Shown in pieces: positions 1 through 11,314 of a stretch of DNA of 64,000 nucleotides (position 1 is the stretch's first letter; every line of letters begins with the position of its first letter). The notes beneath the pieces were generated by a model. The model was not told the origin of the DNA, searched no databases, and saw nothing but the letters and a program-made list of their open reading frames with translations. The stretch lies in NCBI RefSeq assembly GCF_009931435.1, contig NZ_CP043414.1; one strand, 5' to 3'. Both the position numbers and the translations under genes were made by a program. The DNA is from Escherichia coli. Its GTDB lineage: Bacteria; Pseudomonadota; Gammaproteobacteria; Enterobacterales; Enterobacteriaceae.

Positions 1-798
<798 letters not shown>

Positions 799-937
799 AA
801 CGTGAGGAAATACCTGGATTTTTCCTGGTTATTTTGCCGCAGGTCAGCGTATCGTGAACATCTTTTCCAGTGTTCAGTATGGTGCCTTGCACGGTAATTA
901 TGTCACTGGTTATTAACCAATTTTTCTTGGGGGATAA

Positions 938-2077
938 ATGAGCGCGGGAAGCCCAAAATTCACCGTTCGCCGCATTGCGGCTTTGTCACTGGTTTCGCTA
1001 TGGCTGGCAGGCTGTTCTGACACTTCAAATCCACCGGCACCGGTCAGCTCCGTTAATGGCAATGCGTCTGCAAACACCAATTCTGGTATGTTGATTACGC
1101 CGCCGCCGAAAATGGGGACGACGTCTACAACGCAGCAACCGCAAATTCAGCCGGTACAGCAGCCACAAATTCAATCTGCACAACAACCGCAAATCCAGCC
1201 GGTGCAGCCAGTTGCTCAGCCGCCGGTACAGATGGAAAACGGACGCATCGTCTACAACCGTCAGTATGGGAACATTCCGAAAGGCAGTTATAGCGGCAGT
1301 ACATACACCGTGAAAAAAGGCGACACACTTTTCTATATCGCCTGGATTACTGGCAATGATTTCCGTGACCTTGCTCAGCGCAACAATATTCAGGCACCAT
1401 ACGCGCTGAATGTAGGTCAGACCTTACAGGTGGGTAATGCTTCCGGTACGCCAATCACTGGTGGAAATGCCATTACCCAGGCCGATGCAGCAGAGCAAGG
1501 AGTTGTGATCAAGCCTGCACAAAATTCCACCGTTGCTGTTGCGTCGCAACCGACAATTACGTATTCTGAGTCTTCGGGTGAACAGAGTGCTAACAAAATG
1601 TTGCCGAACAACAAGCCAACTGGGACCACGGTCACAGCGCCTGTAACGGTACCAACAGCAAGCACAACCGAGCCGACTGTCAGCAGTACATCAACCAGTG
1701 CGCCTATCTCCACCTGGCGCTGGCCGACTGAGGGCAAAGTGATCGAAACCTTTGGTGCTTCTGAGGGGGGTAACAAGGGGATTGATATCGCAGGCAGCAA
1801 AGGACAGGCAATTATCGCGACCGCAGATGGCCGCGTTGTTTATGCCGGTAACGCGCTGCGCGGCTACGGTAATCTGATTATCATCAAACATAATGATGAT
1901 TACCTGAGTGCCTACGCCCATAACGACACAATGCTGGTCCGGGAACAACAAGAAGTGAAGGCGGGGCAAAAAATAGCGACTATGGGTAGCACCGGAACCA
2001 GTTCAACACGCTTGCATTTTGAAATTCGTTACAAGGGGAAATCCGTAAACCCGCTGCGCTATTTGCCGCAGCGATAA
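938..2077 (+). CDS. nlpD: murein hydrolase activator lipoprotein NlpD (LysM + M23/LytM domains)
   Basis: 379-aa ORF with lipoprotein signal (LAGCS), Q/P-rich repeat region, C-terminal M23 peptidase-like domain; lies upstream of rpoS. Confidence 0.95.
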   Translation: MSAGSPKFTVRRIAALSLVSLWLAGCSDTSNPPAPVSSVNGNASANTNSGMLITPPPKMGTTSTTQQPQIQPVQQPQIQSAQQPQIQPVQPVAQPPVQMENGRIVYNRQYGNIPKGSYSGSTYTVKKGDTLFYIAWITGNDFRDLAQRNNIQAPYALNVGQTLQVGNASGTPITGGNAITQADAAEQGVVIKPAQNSTVAVASQPTITYSESSGEQSANKMLPNNKPTGTTVTAPVTVPTASTTEPTVSSTSTSAPISTWRWPTEGKVIETFGASEGGNKGIDIAGSKGQAIIATADGRVVYAGNALRGYGNLIIIKHNDDYLSAYAHNDTMLVREQQEVKAGQKIATMGSTGTSSTRLHFEIRYKGKSVNPLRYLPQR

Positions 2078-2139
2078 ATCGGCGGAACCAGGCTTTTGCT
2101 TGAATGTTCCGTCAAGGGATCACGGGTAGGAGCCACCTT

Positions 2140-3132
2140 ATGAGTCAGAATACGCTGAAAGTTCATGATTTAAATGAAGATGCGGAATTTGATGAGAACG
2201 GAGTTGAGGTTTTTGACGAAAAGGCCTTAGTAGAAGAGGAACCCAGTGATAACGATTTGGCCTAAGAGGAACTGTTATCGCAAGGGGCCACACAGCGTGT
2301 GTTGGACGCGACTCAGCTTTACCTTGGTGAGATTGGTTATTCACCACTGTTAACGGCCGAAGAAGAAGTTTATTTTGCGCGTCGCGCACTGCGAGGAGAT
2401 GTTGCCTCCCGCCGCCGGATGATCGAGAGTAACTTGCGTCTGGTGGTAAAAATTGCCCGCCGTTATGGCAATCGTGGTCTGGCTTTGCTGGATCTTATCG
2501 AAGAGGGCAACCTGGGGCTGATCCGCGCGGTAGAGAAGTTTGACCCGGAACGTGGTTTCCGCTTCTCAACATACGCAACCTGGTGGATTCGCCAGACGAT
2601 CGAACGGGCGATTATGAACCAAACCCGTACTATTCGTTTGCCGATTCACATCGTAAAGGAGCTGAACGTTTACCTGCGAACCGCACGTGAGTTGTCCCAT
2701 AAGCTGGACCACGAACCAAGTGCGGAAGAGATCGCAGAGCAGCTGGATAAGCCAGTTGATGACGTCAGCCGTATGCTTCGTCTTAACGAGCGCATTACCT
2801 CGGTAGACACCCCGCTGGGTGGAGATTCCGAAAAAGCGTTGCTGGACATCCTGGCCGATGAAAAAGAAAACGGCCCGGAAGATACCACGCAAGATGACGA
2901 TATGAAACAAAGCATCGTCAAATGGCTGTTCGAACTGAACGCCAAACAGCGTGAAGTGCTGGCACGTCGATTCGGTTTGCTGGGGTACGAAGCGGCAACA
3001 CTGGAAGATGTAGGTCGTGAAATTGGCCTCACCCGTGAACGTGTTCGCCAGATTCAGGTTGAAGGCCTGCGCCGTTTGCGCGAAATCCTGCAAACGCAGG
3101 GGCTGAATATCGAAGCGCTGTTCCGCGAATAA
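2140..3132 (+). pseudogene. rpoS: RNA polymerase sigma factor RpoS reading frame interrupted by an in-frame ochre codon (TAA at 2263-2265, codon 42); an in-frame GTG at 2299 opens a 277-codon ORF covering sigma regions 1.2-4
   Basis: ATG 2140 translates [41 protein letters not shown] then TAA; the ORF track only opens at 2299 in the same frame; the rest matches RpoS (…[15 protein letters not shown]…). Confidence 0.85.
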
Positions 3133-3148
3133 GTAAGCATCTGTCAGA

Positions 3149-3181
3149 AAGGCCAGTCTCTTATGAGGCTGGCCTTTTTCT
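3149..3181 (+). terminator. rho-independent terminator downstream of rpoS
   Basis: Inverted repeat aaaggccagtctc/ttatgaggctggccttt followed by a T-run. Confidence 0.7.
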
Positions 3182-3252
3182 TTTGTATGGGGAGTTGGTG
3201 TGTTTCGTCGCCTGGATAAGACACGTCAGCGTCCCATCCGGCAATCAACATC

Positions 3253-3660
3253 CTATTTGCTCATCATCTTGCGCACCAGCTGCATAAACAGCTCCTGCTC
3301 TTCTCCACTCAAACGCCCCAAAAATTCCTCATCCACACTGTCGCCAATCGGTATCGCCGCAGCAAGTACCTTTTCTCCTTCGGCAGTCAGCCAGACAAAG
3401 CGTCGCCGCTTATCAGCGGTGTCATGTTCACGTCTGACTAAGCCACGATTTTCCATTCTTGCCAACATTTCTGCCAGCGTTGCTTTGGTGCTGACGGCTG
3501 CTTCCATCAGTGCCACCTGTTCGATACCAGGTTTATCAGCAATGGCGCGCATCACCGCGTACTGTGGTTTGGTCAGGTCAGGTAACTCGTGCTGCCAGCG
3601 GGCCGTATGCTGCTGAAAAAGCTGTCGTAACTGATGGAACGCTTTATTTCGTAACGCCAT
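3253..3660 (-). CDS. hosA: MarR/SlyA-family transcriptional regulator (HosA-like)
   Basis: 135-aa ORF with winged-helix MarR-like sequence; sits divergently upstream of the UbiX/UbiD decarboxylase genes, the arrangement described for hosA in pathogenic E. coli. Confidence 0.65.
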   Translation of the reverse strand: MALRNKAFHQLRQLFQQHTARWQHELPDLTKPQYAVMRAIADKPGIEQVALMEAAVSTKATLAEMLARMENRGLVRREHDTADKRRRFVWLTAEGEKVLAAAIPIGDSVDEEFLGRLSGEEQELFMQLVRKMMSK

Positions 3661-3806
3661 GTAAACTCCGGGCTAATTCTCTGTCGCTATCATAGCGGTT
3701 TTTCAGTGACGAAGAAGATGTTGTTACTTTTCAATCCTTGCCGCTGTGGAAATGAAGGAGTATGTTAATAATAACGTTCGTATACGAACAATTAAGAGAG
3801 TAAGCA

Positions 3807-4400
3807 ATGAAACTGATCGTCGGGATGACAGGGGCTACCGGTGCGCCTCTTGGTGTGGCATTACTGCAAGCGTTGCGCGAAATGCCGGATGTCGAGACTC
3901 ATCTGGTGATGTCGAAGTGGGCGAAAACCACTATTGAACTGGAAACGCCTTACAGCGCTCGCGATGTTGCCGCCCTCGCTGACTTCAGCCATAACCCGGC
4001 GGATCAGGCTGCGACCATCTCTTCCGGCTCCTTTCGTACCGACGGCATGATCGTTATTCCATGCAGTATGAAAACGCTCGCCGGTATCCGCGCTGGTTAC
4101 GCCGATGGTCTCGTAGGGCGCGCGGCGGACGTCGTGCTCAAAGAAGGCCGCAAACTGGTGCTGGTGCCGCGTGAAATGCCGCTTAGCACCATCCATCTCG
4201 AAAATATGCTCGCACTTTCGCGCATGGGCGTGGCGATGGTGCCGCCGATGCCTGCCTTTTATAACCATCCCGAAACGGTAGATGACATTGTCCACCACGT
4301 GGTAGCCCGCGTGCTGGATCAATTTGGCCTCGAACATCCTCACGCCAGGCGCTGGCAAGGGTTGCCGCAGGCCCGGAATTTTTCTCAGGAGAATGAATAA
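3807..4400 (+). CDS. ecdB: UbiX/Pad1-family flavin prenyltransferase (decarboxylase subunit B)
   Basis: 197-aa ORF MKLIVGMTGATGAPLGV..., flavoprotein fold typical of UbiX/Pad1; stop overlaps the next start (ATGA), indicating an operon. Confidence 0.75.
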   Translation: MKLIVGMTGATGAPLGVALLQALREMPDVETHLVMSKWAKTTIELETPYSARDVAALADFSHNPADQAATISSGSFRTDGMIVIPCSMKTLAGIRAGYADGLVGRAADVVLKEGRKLVLVPREMPLSTIHLENMLALSRMGVAMVPPMPAFYNHPETVDDIVHHVVARVLDQFGLEHPHARRWQGLPQARNFSQENE

Positions 4401-5827
4401 TGGCATTTGATGATTTACGCAGCTTCTTACAGGCGCTTGATGACCACGGCCAGTTACTGAAAATCAGCGAAGAGGTGAACGCGGAACCGGATCTGGCAGC
4501 CGCTGCCAACGCCACCGGGCGTATCGGCGACGGCGCGCCCGCGCTGTGGTTTGATAATATTCGCGGCTTTATCGATGCCCGCGTTGCAATGAACACCATC
4601 GGTTCCTGGCAGAACCACGCAATTTCTCTCGGTCTGCCGCCAAACACCCCGGTTAAAAAACAGATTGATGAGTTTATCCGCCGCTGGGATAACTTCCCGA
4701 TAGCCCCGGAGCGCCGTGCGAATCCTGCCTGGGCGCAGAACACCGTCGATGGCGACGAGATCAATTTGTTCAATATCCTGCCGCTGTTTCGTTTAAACGA
4801 TGGCGATGGCGGTTTCTATCTCGACAAAGCGTGCGTGGTTTCCCGCGATCCGCTCGATCCGGATAACTTCGGCAAGCAGAACGTCGGCATCTATCGCATG
4901 GAAGTGAAGGGTAAGCGTAAGCTCGGCCTGCAACCGGTGCCGATGCACGATATCGCCCTGCATCTGCATAAAGCGGAAGAACGTGGTGAAGATTTGCCAA
5001 TTGCCATCACGCTGGGTAACGATCCGATCATCACCCTGATGGGCGCCACCCCGCTGAAATATGATCAATCGGAGTACGAAATGGCGGGCGCGCTACGCGA
5101 AAGCCCGTACCCGATCGCCACCGCCCCGCTGACCGGTTTTGATGTGCCGTGGGGTTCAGAAGTGATCCTCGAAGGGGTTATCGAAAGCCGCAAACGTGAA
5201 ATCGAAGGGCCGTTCGGTGAGTTTACCGGGCACTACTCCGGTGGGCGCAACATGACCGTAGTGCGCATCGATAAAGTCTCTTACCGCACCAAACCGATTT
5301 TTGAATCGCTCTATCTCGGCATGCCGTGGACCGAAATCGACTACCTGATGGGGCCTGCCACCTGCGTGCCGCTTTACCAGCAGTTGAAAGCCGAGTTCCC
5401 GGAAGTGCAGGCGGTGAACGCTATGTACACCCACGGCCTGCTGGCGATTATCTCCACCAAAAAACGCTATGGCGGCTTTGCCCGCGCAGTGGGCCTGCGT
5501 GCGATGACCACGCCGCACGGTCTGGGTTATGTGAAGATGGTGATTATGGTCGATGAAGACGTTGACCCGTTCAACCTGCCGCAGGTGATGTGGGCGCTCT
5601 CTTCGAAAGTGAACCCGGCAGGGGATCTGGTGCAGTTGCCGAATATGTCAGTACTGGAACTCGACCCTGGCTCAAGCCCGGCGGGGATCACCGACAAGCT
5701 GATTATCGACGCCACTACGCCTGTCGCCCCGGACAACCGTGGTCACTACAGCCAGCCGGTGGTGGACTTACCGGAAACCAAAGCCTGGGCTGAAAAACTG
5801 ACCGCTATGCTGGCCGCACGTAAATAA
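4400..5827 (+). CDS. ecdC: UbiD-family reversible hydroxyarylic-acid decarboxylase (subunit C)
   Basis: 475-aa ORF; UbiD-like length and sequence; directly follows the UbiX-like gene. Confidence 0.75.
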   Translation: MAFDDLRSFLQALDDHGQLLKISEEVNAEPDLAAAANATGRIGDGAPALWFDNIRGFIDARVAMNTIGSWQNHAISLGLPPNTPVKKQIDEFIRRWDNFPIAPERRANPAWAQNTVDGDEINLFNILPLFRLNDGDGGFYLDKACVVSRDPLDPDNFGKQNVGIYRMEVKGKRKLGLQPVPMHDIALHLHKAEERGEDLPIAITLGNDPIITLMGATPLKYDQSEYEMAGALRESPYPIATAPLTGFDVPWGSEVILEGVIESRKREIEGPFGEFTGHYSGGRNMTVVRIDKVSYRTKPIFESLYLGMPWTEIDYLMGPATCVPLYQQLKAEFPEVQAVNAMYTHGLLAIISTKKRYGGFARAVGLRAMTTPHGLGYVKMVIMVDEDVDPFNLPQVMWALSSKVNPAGDLVQLPNMSVLELDPGSSPAGITDKLIIDATTPVAPDNRGHYSQPVVDLPETKAWAEKLTAMLAARK

Positions 5828-5837
5828 GGAGAACAAG

Positions 5838-6074
5838 ATGATTTGTCCACGTTGTGCCGATGAACAGATTGAAGTGATGGCGAAATCGCCGGTAAAAGAT
5901 GTCTGGACGGTCTACCAGTGCCAGCATTGCCTTTATACATGGCGCGATACTGAACCGCTACGCCGCACCAGCCGCGAACATTATCCCGAAGCCTTCCGCA
6001 TGACGCAGAAAGATATTGATGACGCGCCGATGGTGCCGAGCATCCCGCCGCTGCTGGCGGAAGGTAAGCGCTAA
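5838..6074 (+). CDS. ecdD: small zinc-ribbon subunit D of hydroxyarylic-acid decarboxylase
   Basis: 78-aa ORF with CxxC…CxHC motif (MICPRCADEQ…YQCQHCLY), typical of KpdD/YclD-type subunits. Confidence 0.65.
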   Translation: MICPRCADEQIEVMAKSPVKDVWTVYQCQHCLYTWRDTEPLRRTSREHYPEAFRMTQKDIDDAPMVPSIPPLLAEGKR

Positions 6075-6075
6075 A

Positions 6076-6105
6076 TAAAAGGTCCGATGCCCATCGGACC
6101 TTTTT
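6076..6105. terminator. bidirectional rho-independent terminator between convergent ecdD and ygbN
   Basis: A-run, perfect hairpin ggtccgatg/catcggacc, T-run. Confidence 0.7.
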
Positions 6106-6112
6106 ATTAAGG

Positions 6113-7477
6113 TCAAATTACCGCCCATACGCACCAGGTAATTAAGAATCCGGTAAAACCGAGAATGGTCGTTAACACTGTCCAGGTTTTCAGACCGTCT
6201 GCTACCGACAACCCCAGATATTTGGTCACAATCCAGAACCCTGAGTCATTAATATGTGACGCGCCAAGCCCACCAAAGCAGGCTGCCAGCGTCACCAATA
6301 CGCACTGAATCGGATTCAATCCCATCACCGCTTCTGAGAGTAACCCGCCGGTTGTCAGGATTGCTACGGTTGCTGACCCCTGCGATGCACGCAGCGCCAG
6401 TGAAATAATAAATGCGGCTGGTAACAGAGGCAGGTCAATCATTTGTAGCATGTTGGCAAGGGCTTTGCCGACGCCCGATTCCACCAGCACTTTGCCAAAT
6501 ACCCCTCCAGCACCAGTAACCAAAATCACTACCGCCGCAGTGGGAAGGGCTGAGCCCATAATGTCGCTGGTGTGTTGTAAGCTCCAGCCGCGACGTAAAG
6601 CCAATAACCAGAATGCCAGCACCAGCGCAATCATTAGAGCTACCATTGGTGAGCCGATCAGCTGTAGCGTACCAAGCAGGGGATGCGAAGGCGGCATCAG
6701 TGTTGCGGAAACCGTACCCGCCATGATAATCGCGATAGGAATAACAATTAGCGAGGTGACCAGCGCGACGCCCGGTGGATTTATTTTATCGCTTAATTTT
6801 GTCGCGCCTTCCTCACTGGCCGGAGCCAGTTGCATCTGTTCCAGTACTTCCACCGACATCGCATATTGGCGCTTATTGATTATTTTCGCTGCAAAGTAGC
6901 CAACAATCCCTACGGGAATAGAAATCGCAATACCGATGATGGTTAGCCAGCCGATGTCTGCGTGGAGTAACCCCGCTGCGGCGACAGGGCCTGGATGCGG
7001 CGGTACCGCCACATGAACAGTTAGCATGATTCCAGCGACAGGCAGGCCAAATTTGAGTGGCGATATTTTGGCAACCTTGGCAAAACCGTAAATGATTGGC
7101 GCAAGAATAATAAAGCCGACATCAAAGAAGACGGGAATACCGAGGAAGAACGCTGCCAGAGTCAGCGCAGCGATAGTTCGTTTGTCACCTAACTTGCGAC
7201 TGAAATAATTAGCCAGTGACTCTGCACCACCAGAGTGTTCGATCATACGCCCCAGCATAGCGCCCAGACCAATAATAATAGTGACGGAACCAAGCACACC
7301 GCCCATCCCGGCGATCATCACTTTACCCACTTCGCCCGCCGGTATACCCGCCGCAAGTGCGACTAACAGGCTGACGAGGAGCAGAGCAACGAATGGTTGT
7401 ACCTTTGCCTTGATGACCAGCAGCAACAGCATGATTACGCCAGTTAACGCAATGCATAACAATGTAATTGTGGACAT
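6113..7477 (-). CDS. ygbN: GntP-family permease (putative L-threonate/D-erythronate transporter)
   Basis: 454-aa polytopic membrane ORF; GntP-like; conserved position next to ygbM. Confidence 0.85.
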   Translation of the reverse strand: MSTITLLCIALTGVIMLLLLVIKAKVQPFVALLLVSLLVALAAGIPAGEVGKVMIAGMGGVLGSVTIIIGLGAMLGRMIEHSGGAESLANYFSRKLGDKRTIAALTLAAFFLGIPVFFDVGFIILAPIIYGFAKVAKISPLKFGLPVAGIMLTVHVAVPPHPGPVAAAGLLHADIGWLTIIGIAISIPVGIVGYFAAKIINKRQYAMSVEVLEQMQLAPASEEGATKLSDKINPPGVALVTSLIVIPIAIIMAGTVSATLMPPSHPLLGTLQLIGSPMVALMIALVLAFWLLALRRGWSLQHTSDIMGSALPTAAVVILVTGAGGVFGKVLVESGVGKALANMLQMIDLPLLPAAFIISLALRASQGSATVAILTTGGLLSEAVMGLNPIQCVLVTLAACFGGLGASHINDSGFWIVTKYLGLSVADGLKTWTVLTTILGFTGFLITWCVWAVI

Positions 7478-7565
7478 GGGAAACCCTGTCTGAAAGTTAT
7501 AGTTAACCTACCCCATCCGTAGATGGGGGGATGTATGGGTACGTTGTAATTAGGGATTTAACGGA

Positions 7566-8342
7566 TTAGCGCCAGGCGTCAAACCAGCCAAGCCCTTCTT
7601 CGGTGAGGCCTCGAGGTTTATATTCACAACCGATCCAGCCCTGATATCCCACCTCATCGAACAGGCGGAACAGCCACGGATAGTTGATTTCTCCATCGTC
7701 CGGTTCATGTCGATCAGGTAGTCCGGCAATTTGTACGTGCGCATATTTCCCGGCGTAGTCGCGGATTAAATGCGTCAGGTTGCCATCTACTTTTTGCGCA
7801 TGGAAAGTATCTAGTTGAATAAACACGTTATCTCGCGCAACCTCTTCAACAATAGCCAGTGCCTGATACTGGCTGGAGAAGAGATAATGAGGCTTAACGC
7901 CGGGGCTGAGTGCTTCAACCAATATTCGCTTGCCGTGTGGCGCAAAGCGGTCGGCAGCGTAGCGGAGATTATCAATAAATACTGCCCGGTACCGTTCAGC
8001 ATCTTCGCCAGCGGGCACGACGCCTGCCATCACATGGACTTGTTCACAATTGAGCGCCAATGCATATTCCAGTGCCAGGTCGATGTCTGCGCGTGCTTCG
8101 TGCTCACGTCCAGGAAGGGCGGATAATCCCCATTCTCCCGCATTAATATCTCCGGGAGCGGTATTGAACAGCGCCAGTGTCAGATGGTTTTGCACCAGTT
8201 GCTTTTGGATTTGCAGGGGGGAGTAGTCATAGGGAAACAGAAATTCCACGGCATCAAACCCGGCTTTTCGCGCTGCGGCGAAGCGTTCAATAAAAGGCAC
8301 TTCGGTGAACATCATGGATAAATTAGCTGCAAAACGAGGCAT
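7566..8342 (-). CDS. ygbM: 2-oxo-tetronate isomerase (hydroxypyruvate-isomerase-like TIM barrel)
   Basis: 258-aa ORF, Hyi-family-like; ygbJKLM cluster. Confidence 0.85.
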   Translation of the reverse strand: MPRFAANLSMMFTEVPFIERFAAARKAGFDAVEFLFPYDYSPLQIQKQLVQNHLTLALFNTAPGDINAGEWGLSALPGREHEARADIDLALEYALALNCEQVHVMAGVVPAGEDAERYRAVFIDNLRYAADRFAPHGKRILVEALSPGVKPHYLFSSQYQALAIVEEVARDNVFIQLDTFHAQKVDGNLTHLIRDYAGKYAHVQIAGLPDRHEPDDGEINYPWLFRLFDEVGYQGWIGCEYKPRGLTEEGLGWFDAWR

Positions 8343-8346
8343 TGCA

Positions 8347-8985
8347 TTAACTCCTTAATTCCGCAATTTCACCTGCGGTCAGATAACGGATCGGGCGGTC
8401 ACCGAGAATAAAAATCAGCTTTGCCGTTTCCTCCAGCTCTTCCATATTATTGGCGGCTTCTTGCAGGCTTTCACCGCAAACCACTGGGCCATGATTTGCC
8501 AGTAAAAAAGCCTGATTGTCTGCTGCCAGTTCCGCCAGATCCTGTGCGATGCGTTTATCGCCCGGTCGGTAATAAGGCACCAGCGGGATATTTCCCATCC
8601 GCATCACCACGTATGGTGTGAACGGACGAATAACGTTGCTGCTGTCCAGCCCTTGCAGGCAGGAAAGCGCCGTCGACCACGTACTGTGCAAATGCACCAC
8701 CGCTTTACAGCGCGGATTGTTGCGATACAGCGCCAGATGAAAGAGCACCTCTTTCGAGGGTTTGTCACCACTTAACCATTCGCCATCCGCGGTGACTTTG
8801 GAAAGCCGCTGCGGATCGAGATTGCCCAGGCATGAACCTGTCGGTGTCGCCAGTAAATTCCCGTCAGGTAAAAGCAGCGACAGATTGCCAGCCGAACCGG
8901 TTGCATAGCCGCGCTGAAAGAATGAACTGGCAATCCGCGTCATCTCCTCTCGCAAAGACTGCTCTACTTTTGCGAAATCGCTCAT
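8347..8985 (-). CDS. ygbL: class II aldolase/adducin-family 3-oxo-tetronate 4-phosphate decarboxylase
   Basis: 212-aa ORF; class II aldolase-like; cluster context. Confidence 0.85.
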   Translation of the reverse strand: MSDFAKVEQSLREEMTRIASSFFQRGYATGSAGNLSLLLPDGNLLATPTGSCLGNLDPQRLSKVTADGEWLSGDKPSKEVLFHLALYRNNPRCKAVVHLHSTWSTALSCLQGLDSSNVIRPFTPYVVMRMGNIPLVPYYRPGDKRIAQDLAELAADNQAFLLANHGPVVCGESLQEAANNMEELEETAKLIFILGDRPIRYLTAGEIAELRS

Positions 8986-10244
8986 GATAAAAACTCTCTT
9001 TGGGCTCGTGAAAAAAAGGCTTCATCACCGAAGTTGCCAGATTTAAGGGCGAGTGAGACAGGCTTATCCAGTGCGTTTACCCACGGCACGCCGGGGGAAA
9101 TGGTTGGGCCAATATGAAACCCTTTTATTCCCAGGCTCTGTGTGACTACGCCGGAGGTCTCACCGCCTGCGACAATAAAGCGTGTCACGCCTTCCGCTGC
9201 TAACCGCGCCGCTAGTTGAGAAAACAGTGTTTCTACTGCCTGACTGGCTTTTTGTGCACCGTATTGCTGTTGAATTGCTGCCAGTGCGTCAGTGCTGGCG
9301 GTGGCAAAAACCAGTGGAGCAAGTACACTTTCCTGGCCCAGAACCCACTCTGCCAGCTCGTGTGCATAAGCGGCCAGAGTTTCGGTTGAGAGGCAGCGTG
9401 CCACATCAACTTCACGGGCTGGTGCAATTTGACGGTAATGTGCTACCTGGCGGTTGGTCATTTGAGAGCATGAACCGGAGAGCACTACGCCGCGCCCAGC
9501 GAGCGGATGCCCTGCTTTGCGAGCCTGGTTACCGTTTTCTTGCGCCCACTGCCGGGCAAGGCCAATCGCCAGACCAGAACCGCCCGTTACCAGTGGGGCA
9601 TCGCGCAAGGCTTCTCCCTGAATTTCCAGATGGTGTTCGGTCAGCGCATCAAGCACCGCGTAGCGGTAGCCCTCTTGCTGTAAGCGAGCCAGCTCTTGAC
9701 GAACGGCATCCACACCTTGTTCGAAAATATGTGCCGAAACGACGCCGCAGCGCCCTGTGGATTGCGCTTCAACCAGACGGGGAAGATAGCTGTCGGTCAT
9801 GGGATTTACCGGGTGATGGCGCATCCCGGATTCGGCCAGCAGTTGATTCATTACGAACAAATACCCCTGATAAACCGTACGTCCGTTGACCGGCAGGGCC
9901 GGAGAGAAGACCGTAAACGGCGTGTCGAGAGCATCCATTAATGCATCGGTAACCGGGCCGATATTACCTTTCGCCGTACTGTCGAAAGTAGAGCAGTATT
10001 TGAAATAGATCTGTTTGCAACCTTGCTGTTGCAACCAGCTCAGAGCCGCCAGCGATTGCTGTGTGGCTTCAACCACCGGACAGGAACGCGTTTTCAGGCT
10101 GATCACCAGTGCGTCGATTGCTTCCGGCATTTTACCTGTTGGAACACCGTTAATTTGTACCGTTGGTAGACCGTTTTCCACCAGAAAACTGGCGATATCC
10201 GTCGCGCCGGTAAAATCATCAGCGATAACGCCAATCTTGATCAT
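8982..10244 (-). CDS. ygbK: four-carbon acid sugar kinase (3-oxo-tetronate kinase)
   Basis: 420-aa ORF; start overlaps ygbL stop; cluster context. Confidence 0.85.
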   Translation of the reverse strand: MIKIGVIADDFTGATDIASFLVENGLPTVQINGVPTGKMPEAIDALVISLKTRSCPVVEATQQSLAALSWLQQQGCKQIYFKYCSTFDSTAKGNIGPVTDALMDALDTPFTVFSPALPVNGRTVYQGYLFVMNQLLAESGMRHHPVNPMTDSYLPRLVEAQSTGRCGVVSAHIFEQGVDAVRQELARLQQEGYRYAVLDALTEHHLEIQGEALRDAPLVTGGSGLAIGLARQWAQENGNQARKAGHPLAGRGVVLSGSCSQMTNRQVAHYRQIAPAREVDVARCLSTETLAAYAHELAEWVLGQESVLAPLVFATASTDALAAIQQQYGAQKASQAVETLFSQLAARLAAEGVTRFIVAGGETSGVVTQSLGIKGFHIGPTISPGVPWVNALDKPVSLALKSGNFGDEAFFSRAQREFLS

Positions 10245-11149
10245 GATTTTGCTCCCGGTAGAGTGATGCCAGAGAAAATCTTGATAACTGCGCTATCGTC
10301 TTCTTTCCCGTAACCCGCGTTACTGGCGCTGGTGAACATATTCAATGCTGTTGAGGCCAATGGCAGCGGGAAGTGCAGGGCTTTGGCTGTATCGGCAACC
10401 AGACCAAGATCCTTAACAAAAATATCGACGGCTGAATGCGGGGTGTAATCGCCATCCACCACATGACGCATCCGGTTTTCGAACATCCAGGAATTTCCGG
10501 CGGCATTGGTCACGACGTCATACATCACATCCAGCGGGATCCCCGCACGGGCTGCAAGTGCCATCGCTTCGGCTCCGGCAGCAATATGTACGCCCGCTAA
10601 CAACTGGTGAATAATTTTTACGGTCGAACCTAGTCCCGGTTCTGCACCTATGCGATAAACTTTTCCGGCAACGGCTTCCAGCACGGGTGCCAGTCGTTCA
10701 AAGGCAATATCGCTACCGGAGGCCATGACAGTCATTTCACCGTTAGCGGCTTTTACTGCACCACCAGAAACTGGCGCATCCAGCATTTCCAGATCGAATC
10801 CAGCCAGAGCGGTAGCAATTTCTTGCGCATCAGCACTAGCGATAGTGGAAGAAACCATTACTGCCGTACCGGGTTTCAGATGTTGTGCAACGCCTGTTTC
10901 ACCAAACAGCACCTGTTTAACCTGGGCCGCATTGACCACCAGCACCAGCAGAGCGTCCAGTTTTTCGGCAAACGTCGCGGCGTTATCAGAAACCCCGCAA
11001 GCACCTGCCTCTTTCAACGTAGCGCAGGCATTGCTGTTTAGGTCTGCGCCCCAGGTAGAAAGACCTGCGCGGACACATGACAGTGCTGCTCCCATTCCCA
11101 TTGACCCTAAGCCAACGATACCGACATGAAACTCAGATCCCGTTTTCAT
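10241..11149 (-). CDS. ygbJ: NAD-dependent L-threonate dehydrogenase (3-hydroxyisobutyrate dehydrogenase family)
   Basis: 302-aa ORF with N-terminal Rossmann motif GIVGLGSMGMGAA. Confidence 0.85.
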   Translation of the reverse strand: MKTGSEFHVGIVGLGSMGMGAALSCVRAGLSTWGADLNSNACATLKEAGACGVSDNAATFAEKLDALLVLVVNAAQVKQVLFGETGVAQHLKPGTAVMVSSTIASADAQEIATALAGFDLEMLDAPVSGGAVKAANGEMTVMASGSDIAFERLAPVLEAVAGKVYRIGAEPGLGSTVKIIHQLLAGVHIAAGAEAMALAARAGIPLDVMYDVVTNAAGNSWMFENRMRHVVDGDYTPHSAVDIFVKDLGLVADTAKALHFPLPLASTALNMFTSASNAGYGKEDDSAVIKIFSGITLPGAKS

Positions 11150-11314
11150 CTGCTCTCCTTGTTAATTTAAGTGATATTTTGTTTGATAATGTGAATATAA
11201 GCGCTGGAAGATAACGATATGGTGAGCTGATTCACAAAAATTAACATTGTGTGTTATTTTATGTGAACTAAGCGTTAGTTGCGCCGCGCACGTTTCGCAG
11301 GCAAATAGCGTAGA

